NCBI GenBank assembly: GCA_964187785.1
Contig: OZ076413.1
Coordinates: 42,782,001-42,846,000, forward strand
DNA from: Amphiscolops sp. MND2022
Taxonomy: Eukaryota
Length of the DNA stretch: 64,000 bases
Direction of reading: 5' to 3'
Below are positions 51,601-60,800 of this stretch, piece after piece. Numbering within the stretch: position 1 is the stretch's first letter; every line of letters begins with the position of its first letter. The notes under the pieces were generated by a model. It did not search any database and had not been told where the DNA came from. It saw only the letters and a list, made by a program, of their open reading frames with translations. Position numbers and translations under genes: made by a program.

Positions 51601-54600
51601 ACAACATGCGTGAAGGGTCAACCCGGAAATAAATACGTAAAATAACCGCCAAAATTAGTACGATAATCTCTAGCGTTTTCATATATCTTTAGGCAGGTTT
51701 TTTCACAACTATCAATAAATGTAACATCTTTGTAGCTTTTTTAGATGAATCAATATACTGCATAGGAACCATCTACAACTGTTTGGGTGCTTTAGATCCA
51801 TCTAATGTTCCATGTTTCCAGGGTGCGTGGACTTGCGACCGGACCAGACAGTGAGGGCAGAGGACAAGTACTCTATGCGTGTCATTGCCCAGGACAATGG
51901 CAATCCTTCTCTCTCCTCCGAGGGGGTGGTCCGCGTTGATGTCATCAGTGCTTCTCTCTCGGTCATCAAAGTCGCAGTTCAGAGGAGCTTTTCTCTGTTT
52001 GATGAAGAAGTAAAAATGTACTGTTTAAAAACCACATAACTGTTTATTAAGTTTTTGTGGACTTGCAGTTTTTATAGTACAAGTACGTTAGCAAAATTGA
52101 CGAAATGGTTTTCAAATGAAAACTATTTTTCTTTGCAATATCGTTTGATTGTAATTGAAAAAAATATATGCTGCTACTAAAAACTTAGAGAAACTGGGAA
52201 AATCCTTGCAACTAAAATGAAAGGTACAAAGAATCCATCATTTTTTTGCTCTAATGTCATGCTCATCAATCCTATACTTTAATTTACTAGGAACAGAAAA
52301 ACTTCGCATCAGCTTTTCAAACTGTTTGCCAACGAATGAGACCCAGCTGCAAAATGGGTGTGCTCTACACCGAAAGACGTTCCTCGTCAACCAATCAGAG
52401 ACAGCGAAGAATGAGAAGAACGGTCAATGAGTTAGTCTTTTAACAGTTTCGCTCAACAGTGCAAGCACAACAAGGTAACGTGAAACCGAAATGCATGTCT
52501 CAGAAGCATTTAAACAAGACGCCCGCTGAGCACTGAACATTTTTCGCCCGGAATTGTTTAATGAAAAACTTGTTATAGGGCTCGAGCGTGGCCACCAAAC
52601 TTATGCCAATGAAAATGTTAATAGCTAAAACTAACTTTTTAAAATTGGAAAAGCCAACCATTTTGGCACTTTCACAAAATTTTCAGATAATCTCATAAAA
52701 TATATGCAAGAATTTTTGTCGTCGAATTCGGCAGAGAAACACGGCTGATAGGTTAGTTGCCTTTCTCGAATGGAATGTGAGCAGAAAATGATGAGATGAA
52801 TATTAAGATTAATTCGAATTATTACGAATATTTGGTAACCCAATTCTTAGGAATACGGATCCAAAACATCCAACATTCTTCAAAACTTGAGCATCACTTT
52901 TCCGATCGTTGAAAAATATCATTTTCCTGTACACTAGTTACTCACAATTGACATCCAATCTACGAAAGTTTCAACTATCGCTTGAAAAAAATCAGTTTGA
53001 AACGGTTCCTTATGTAATTCAGATTGTTTACGATCGGTTGAATTACCCATCGGTACGCTCAATTTCAATCTATTTACTGCTGCGAAATAGCAGTGAAACA
53101 CGAGACATACATGAGATATCGTTTTTTTCCATAAAACTCAACAGCTCTTAATTGCAAACTTGTTGCAAAAACTTCCACGAAGTTCAATCTTTTCTTTGAG
53201 TGACAACTTCTTTGTTTCCTCACTGCCTCAAATTCTAAATAACAAGTTCCTAAAAATGTTCTTCGATTTTTACCGTAAAGAATGCACTCTTTATATTTAA
53301 AGTTTTGATCCAGCCTTAGTCTGAGAGTAATTGAAATCTTGCACTTATCTTTCAAGTTTCTTACAAAAAATGTTATTCTAGCAAAATTCTTGCAAGCCAA
53401 TGCCGATCAGACAATTCAAACATGGCAAGATGATAAATTAGAATGTCAGTCTTGCAAGACATCACAGTTATAATAGCGTAGTCAACAGCTTCACTAATTG
53501 TCGAAAAAAATGATTTTTTCCTTGTTTTTGTTCGGTTCCTTCCAAAACAAAGTACGCCTATGATCAATTTAGGTTCGCACGGCCTAATTTCAAAGCCTTC
53601 ATCGTGTACAAGTTAAAAAGAAATCTAGCTTTATCCATTAAGTCAATATCAAATTGACAAAACTGAGGTGATTGAAGCCAGATTTCTGTCTATTAACATT
53701 CGATTTAAAAACATTGTGAATAACAATGTCTGGAATCGCTTTTTTGATAACAAAAGAATAGAGACTAGCAGAATTGATAATTAGGTGATGTTCAATGGAA
53801 TGAAAGGTTCTTTGGACACCTCCTTTTCTACGTCGAAGTATGCCAATATCTTAAAATTTTGTTACTTTCTCAGCAAGTCTTACACAATGTCAATTAATTT
53901 CTTGCTAAAATCTTACAAGAATCTTGAAGAACAGTTTGCAAGAATAATGCATGGACTTGCAAGATCTTGCAAGACGTCTTGCAAGATATTTTCAAGATTT
54001 ACATTTTTCCAACCAATTCAGTTCAAAATGTTCTCATCTGTTTGTTGAAAATTAGATTGTTTTCCTTAAATATGGACGGCACAGCTGATTACCGTATTAT
54101 AAATTTTCATAAAAGCTAAAACCATTTCATATTTAGGAGTTTTCTCACGATAACATTTTCAATCTCGAAGCCTCTCAATCAAGTAGTCTTGTTTTTAGTC
54201 GGCGCTTTTCGTAGAAAACGCAGACTATAGCAGTGACTTTTTTTAAGACCAACGAAGTGACAGATTTTATAAGCTTTATAAGCTGACTTGCACTAACACT
54301 AACTGCCACACTTATTCTACTGGCACTTGAGATAGATGTTAATTAGGCTTTTTTGAGGTCCCCTCTCACATTTTTTGGCACTATTCGACTTACCGGAGAC
54401 CAAAAAAAAATATTTAAAAAAATTTCGAAGGAAAATTTCAGGATTTTTTTCAATTTTTTTCCTCATGCGGGTACTGTAGAAGAGAATACTTGACACTTTG
54501 AAGTCCTTATGCTATTTTTGAGCATCAGATGTGGCGCCGACTTGGGACGTTCCCGGCTTGTTTTTCAGTGGTCTGACTGTGTGGGCGTATCTCTATGCAT

Positions 54601-54830
54601 ATGACTCTAATCTGGACTTGTCCAACACAGAGGCAGATGCCAATTTCCTCACCGCAGAAGAGATGCTCCGGATCTTCCAGTCGGACGGGGACGGAACTCC
54701 GGTCATTGCACTGCAAGATGAAGGTAGGATTGGCTTATCCGTTCTACAAAAGTTGTAGGGGCACTTGATTTTTCATGAAGGCTGGCATTGAGCCGAGGAA
54801 AATTAGAGAATTATAGAAGTTGAAACGTTT

Positions 54831-54868
<38 letters not shown>

Positions 54869-57800
54869 AAAAATGACCTAAACGTCTTCCAAGTATTACG
54901 TTTACACTTCGGTACGTAAAGTTGCAACAAAAGATGAACTAAAAAAAGCCCTGACATCTTCCGAAAAAAAAACAGTTATTATCTCAGTTTTAACATCATC
55001 GTGGTATACCATGATGTATGAAATATAGTATGAAAAATAATTAGCATCCAAAATAAGTTGATTTGTGAATCAAAGATGTTTGGGTGCAACAGATTAATTT
55101 TGGGTTGGTGGGTTTTTCAGAATTGTTCGGGGAGTTCCCCGTGCTGAGTGTGGCGGGGTACCCGAAGGAGGAGCAGAGCTTCTGGGCCCAAAGTGCCAAC
55201 AGGTGGATGGTCGGTCTGTCTGCTGTCATACTAGTCCTCATTGTGGCCACCATCTGTCTGTACCTGGTGGTCAGATACAAAGATCTCGACGGGTAAGCAT
55301 ACTCAATTCATCAACGTGTTTTATTGTTCTTAACAGTGTTAATTCAACTGTGTACCATAGTGTTCTGAATAACGATACTTCTCTGCTTGATATCACAAAA
55401 TTCAAACTCAAATATCTTGAAAGCTATCACATGTAGGGAAAGTTCAACTGCTAACAAAAATGCCTTGAAGCTCTCCGTAATGTACGGTTTATTTGAGTTT
55501 TTTTCGACCAAAAACTATGAAAAAGGACAAATTTGGTTTAAAAAATTTACCAAAATGTGATTTTTTGTGAAACCTTTCTAAAAAATTTCCAACAAATATG
55601 GTTTTCGAAGCCACTGTTCCTCATTATTTTAGATCATCAAGGTATTGCGAGGTATTTTCTCACAGACGAAGCTTCCAAAGCATCATGCCATTTTAGGCTC
55701 TTGAATAAATTATGATAATGTTGCTTGAAGTTCAAATGATTTCAGTCTGTTTTCAGAGTATCAGTAATCAGAACAAAGGACGCGAGAGGACCAGGGGCTA
55801 GAGCTCAAGCCAAACGCCCCTCCAAACCACTCAAAGAGTCCAAGGCAACTGTGCAGGACAAAGAGCACTTCGAAAAGACAAAAGTTCAATTGCAACGTCA
55901 GTTATGTTACCAACTTTCCAAAATTAAAAGAATGATGCACTTTCAAATGCTTCATTTCAACTATAATTATTTTTCTGACGTTTTCCCCAATGAAATATTG
56001 AAACATCGTAAAAATTTGTTCTATTTTATGAGTAACATTACTCTTGATACACTAGGGTACCAAAAAGCTGAAGACACTCAATTTCGCTGACGAAAAAATT
56101 CGAATAGCATTTTTACGAAATCAATTAACACAAATTGACAGAATTATTGGGATATTTTTCTTTTGAAATCAAACCAAAATTATTAAATTTAACAAATGAA
56201 ACTTTGCTTATTTTTGACTTATCCAATTTACAACATGCGGTGGAAGTGAAACAATTATCCGCAGTTATCAGGATACTCCACAGTTCCCGATAAATATTGT
56301 GCCTCGTGTAGACTGTGTATATAGATGATTGAGATTTAAGAAATCTCACAATTTGCAATAGTGGATTTTTTCAGAGAAATCCAAAACTCCGGTCGTGGCT
56401 ACCGCAGCTCCGCGCAAAACCACGCCGTCTAAACCCTTGTTGGAACAAGAAGATGCCCCTGATTCTCGCAAGCCTGTAAGTGTATTCATTGACAATCAAT
56501 GAAAAACGAACATTGTTAACAAAACAAGAAAATGTTTTCAGAAAACAAAGCAATGTAATGTTTAAAAAGGGTAATGTATTTAAAATCATGAAATCATACT
56601 CATTGTATATTCAAAACCAATCAAGTAAAACAGAAATCATTCAAACACTTTTTGCTGTAACTAGGTATGTCGATTTCATTTTCGAAATTCTCCTGAAAAA
56701 AACTCCTAATCGTTCGTTTCATTGTCACCTAGGTATAGTTTTTTTATTTTCTGCTCATATTTCATATGGAACATGAAAATATTTAAACCAAACGAGTTTT
56801 GTTTACAAAAGTGGCCAAGCACCAAAATTATATCCAAGCTAAAGGGTTTCACCCATAGAATTCAACTGACGTAACATTAGTATCATGCGGTATGTATTTG
56901 TAGAGATTTTTGGATGACACAGAATGACACAAAAGTGACCCCAAAAATAGTAAAAACTTCAAAATTTTTCTATTTTTGACGTTTTTGTGCAATTTTTGTC
57001 AAATTTTTGATGGAATTCGTGGCTTCGATGGTTGAAGGGGACATGTTCGTTATACAAGAGGCGTTTTAGAAGAAATAAATGCAATTTTTTATTGGAAAGA
57101 AGCCTCAAATTGAAACCGAAATTGAAAAAAATGTCAAAAAGTTCAGATTTTCAACATTTTAATGCAATTATCGTCATGTTTTTGACACACTTGCAAGCTT
57201 AGAAAGTTAAAAAGGTTCAACACGGAAAGCATTCATTGTTCAAAAGGCTCCTTTGAAGAGATAAATGCAATTTGTTTTGAAAAAATGTCTCAGATTTAGC
57301 CTGAACTTGACAAATCTTTCAAAAAAATCAGATTTTTAAAAATTTCATGCAATTTTTGCCTAACTTTCGAAAATTTTGATGGCTTAGAATGTTAAAGATG
57401 TTCAGCAAGGAAAACGTTTGTTGTTCTTCGGGAGGCTTCCTCGAAGAGAAATAAGCAATTTGTTTCGAAAAATGCCTCAAATTCATACCGAACTTGACAA
57501 AAACACCATAATATTCAGATTTTTAAAATTTTTGTGCAATAATTGTGTATTTTTCGAAAAACCTGCTGGCTTAGAGTAAGGCCGACGCTCAACAAGGAAC
57601 CAGTTCGTTGTCTGGGAGGCTTTTGTAATGAAAATAAACGCAGTTTTCTATTGAAAAAGTCCCAAAATGCGACCAAAATTGACAAAAATTCTAAAATTTA
57701 CCGATTTTTCACGTTTTAATGCAACTTTTTTCATATTTTCAGATTTCATGAATCAAACGTTCAAAATTTCCAACAACGAATGAATCCGTTGTCGAATAGG

Positions 57801-60800
57801 GTTACTTGAGACAAATGCTGTTTCGAAAAAAAATGCCACAATGACCCCAAAGTAGTCAAAAAGTTTTTTCAAATTTTTGAATTTCCAACGCGATTTCTGT
57901 GAACGTTTCAAAGTTCTCAAAGATAAAAACTTTGAAACTATTCGACAACTACTGAATGCGTTATCCAGTAGGCTTTTTGATTGTATAAGTGCCGGTTTCT
58001 GAAAAAAATGAGCTTTAATTTGACGTAAAAATTGTCGAAAATTCAAATCTTTCCAGTTTTATAGCTTCTTCTTGTTATTTGAGTACAAGTTTCGAGAATT
58101 TATGTTCGTTAGAAGGTTCAAAACAATGAAAGGTGAAAGAATCAGGTAAGTCGTTTGCGTTTTTGATGAGAAAGTTGTTTCACATCAGAAATACTTCAAA
58201 ACGACATCAATGAGTCGGAAAGTAGATATGAAATTACAAATGTATTTGTGCATTGTCTCTGAATTTTCGAAACGTTTCGAGGGTTAGAAACATAAAATGT
58301 TCAACAACATACGCAGCTGATATCCATGTGGCTTTTGTTGGATGTATTTGCTGATTTGTGTTCGGAAAATGTCTAAATCTGAATCGAAAAATGTATAAAA
58401 TATCAAAAGTTTATTTTTTTGACATTTTTAGTAATTGTTTGTGAAACTAGATGGCCCTGAAGCTCTCAACTGTTCATCAAGTTATGCAGTATGCCTTTTG
58501 AAGGAAAACTTTGTAGTCTATTAGGTAGAACATTATCTCAGAATGACCGAAATGAGTCGAAAATCCAAAACTTTTTCTTAGAAACAATTTTTGTTGGAAA
58601 TTTCGTAAATTTCGTATATTAAAACATTTAAACAGCAACCAAACGTGAAGTAGAGTGGACTTTTCTAACATCAATTGCAGTTTCATGATCAGCCTCAAAA
58701 TGACCACAGAATATCCAAAATGTCAAAAGTTTTCAAGTTTTTTGACATTTTTAATCCCGTTTTTTCTCAACATTTTGAAGTTTGTAAATTAGAATTTCGA
58801 AATATTGAACTAGTTCAAAAGGTAACGAATGCGTTATTCAGCAGGCATTTTGAAAGTAAATTGCAGTTTGACATTAGATCAGAGCCTCAAAATGACCCCA
58901 ACAAAATTTTATTGTTTGTCAAATTTTTAATTTTTATGAAAAGATATCAAAATTTCGTGATTTCTAAAAAAATCTGATTTTTAAATAGAAAATTTGAAAA
59001 GAGAAACTTACAATTTTTCATGTAAAAAGTTCGTCAGATCGACTTGAAATTAGTGAAAATTCCTTTCTGTAACTCTTTCGAGCAAGAATTCGAGAACGAC
59101 TAGACACGTTATTCAATAGGCGTTTTTTAAAAGACATCTTGAGTTTCTTGGAACAATTCTTCAAATGATCGCAAAGTTATCAAAAAGGTAAACGTTCCCA
59201 AGTTCTGAAGTTTATGCGACTTCACGCGAAATTTTGAAAAACTTGATTGTTGGCTTGGTTAAGTTTTTGTATACACACAAGTCGACAAAAAAGAACAAGT
59301 GGGTGTTTGATGTGTTCTTGAAGTGTTTCCTTCTGAAATGGGATGTCAAAATTCAAAATTTGTCAATCCTTTTTTCATCATCTATGCGTTTTCATTGTGC
59401 AATGGCTACTCTTGAGTCTCAAAAATATGTCGTTGCTAGAACAGTTTGGGCGGACAAAATCCTGTTGGTCGGCGGTTGTCTTGTTTTAATTTTGTCTCGT
59501 AAGGTGTTCCATAGTGGCGCTATTTTATTGAGGAAGCGGTTTTTCATGACTTCATTCTCATGTGGGAGGTTCTTACACATTTTTTTTGTTCGCTCCTGAT
59601 TTTTGAAAACAGCTGAAGTTAAAATCGAATTGGTAAGATAGTTTGGTAGATCTTGAGGTATGAAGTGTGATCGAATTTGTTTCCGTTCAAACAAGCTTTT
59701 ACCGCCCAACTTCTTTGTTTTTCAAGAGTTGTGAGTAGGTTCTTTTTGCAAAAAGTAGTAAATTCAGTTTTATCCGCATTAATTGTTGGACGATGAATTT
59801 CAAAAAAAAATTCAGTTTTTTAATGCTTTCTTCGAAGTTTTTCAGAGTTTTTTCGTTCGTTTGCGCAGAAAAGATCATAGTATCATCAGCATGCTGTTTT
59901 AGTTTACAATTCTTCGTTATTGCGTCCTTTCATTCGATTGACATAAATGTCGAAAAGCAGTGGCCCTAAAATAGTCCCTTGGGAATATTTCGATCCAGTC
60001 TGATTTGCAGTTATTGAGCATCACCTTCTGATTTTTCCCGGTTCAAGAGCTCTGTATTAACGGAAAAGCGACTTTGTTAAGGTTAAGTTCTCTCAATGTT
60101 GTCAAAAGAGTCCAATGCGGAACTGAATCGAATGCCTTAGATAAATCAAGGAATGCCGTTGTCACAAATTCAGTCTGATCTATCTTTTCTTTATATTTTC
60201 AGTGGCAAAATGTAGTGCATCTGTTGACGAAAACCAGCTTGAAAAACGAAATGAGAAGGGCTCAGTACATTGTTTTTATTCGAAAAGGTAATCATTTGAT
60301 CTTTTGTAATTTTCTCGAAAACTTTTGAAAGAGCTGGAGTTGTCGAGATGGTTCTGTAGTTGAATGGGTCCTGGCAGTCTCTTTTTTTGAAGATTGGTAT
60401 GGAATAGGCATGTTCCAAAAGATTCAGGAACAGGCCGTCTTCTAGGAACGCGTTCATCAGAAAGGTGAGAAGCTCAGGAAGAACATCCGAAAAGTCTTTT
60501 GGTGACCTTGCTGGAATGTTTGAAGGACTTAAAGATTATCGGTGTTCAAACTTTTGATTTGTTTTTGACATTCATAAATGATGATAATGAACTGATGGCT
60601 GTTACAACTATATATACCTAATTTACAGTGTTAGAAATTCAACTACTCCATAATACGTTATCCTCAATTGGTTTCAATCGTTGAATATATTCAACAGTAT
60701 ATTTAATCTTTTGTCAAAGTTCAGATTTTGGTGTCCTCACAATGCAATAAAACATTGGTGTGGATCATAGATATCTTGATCTGGTTCATGTTTTAGTATC

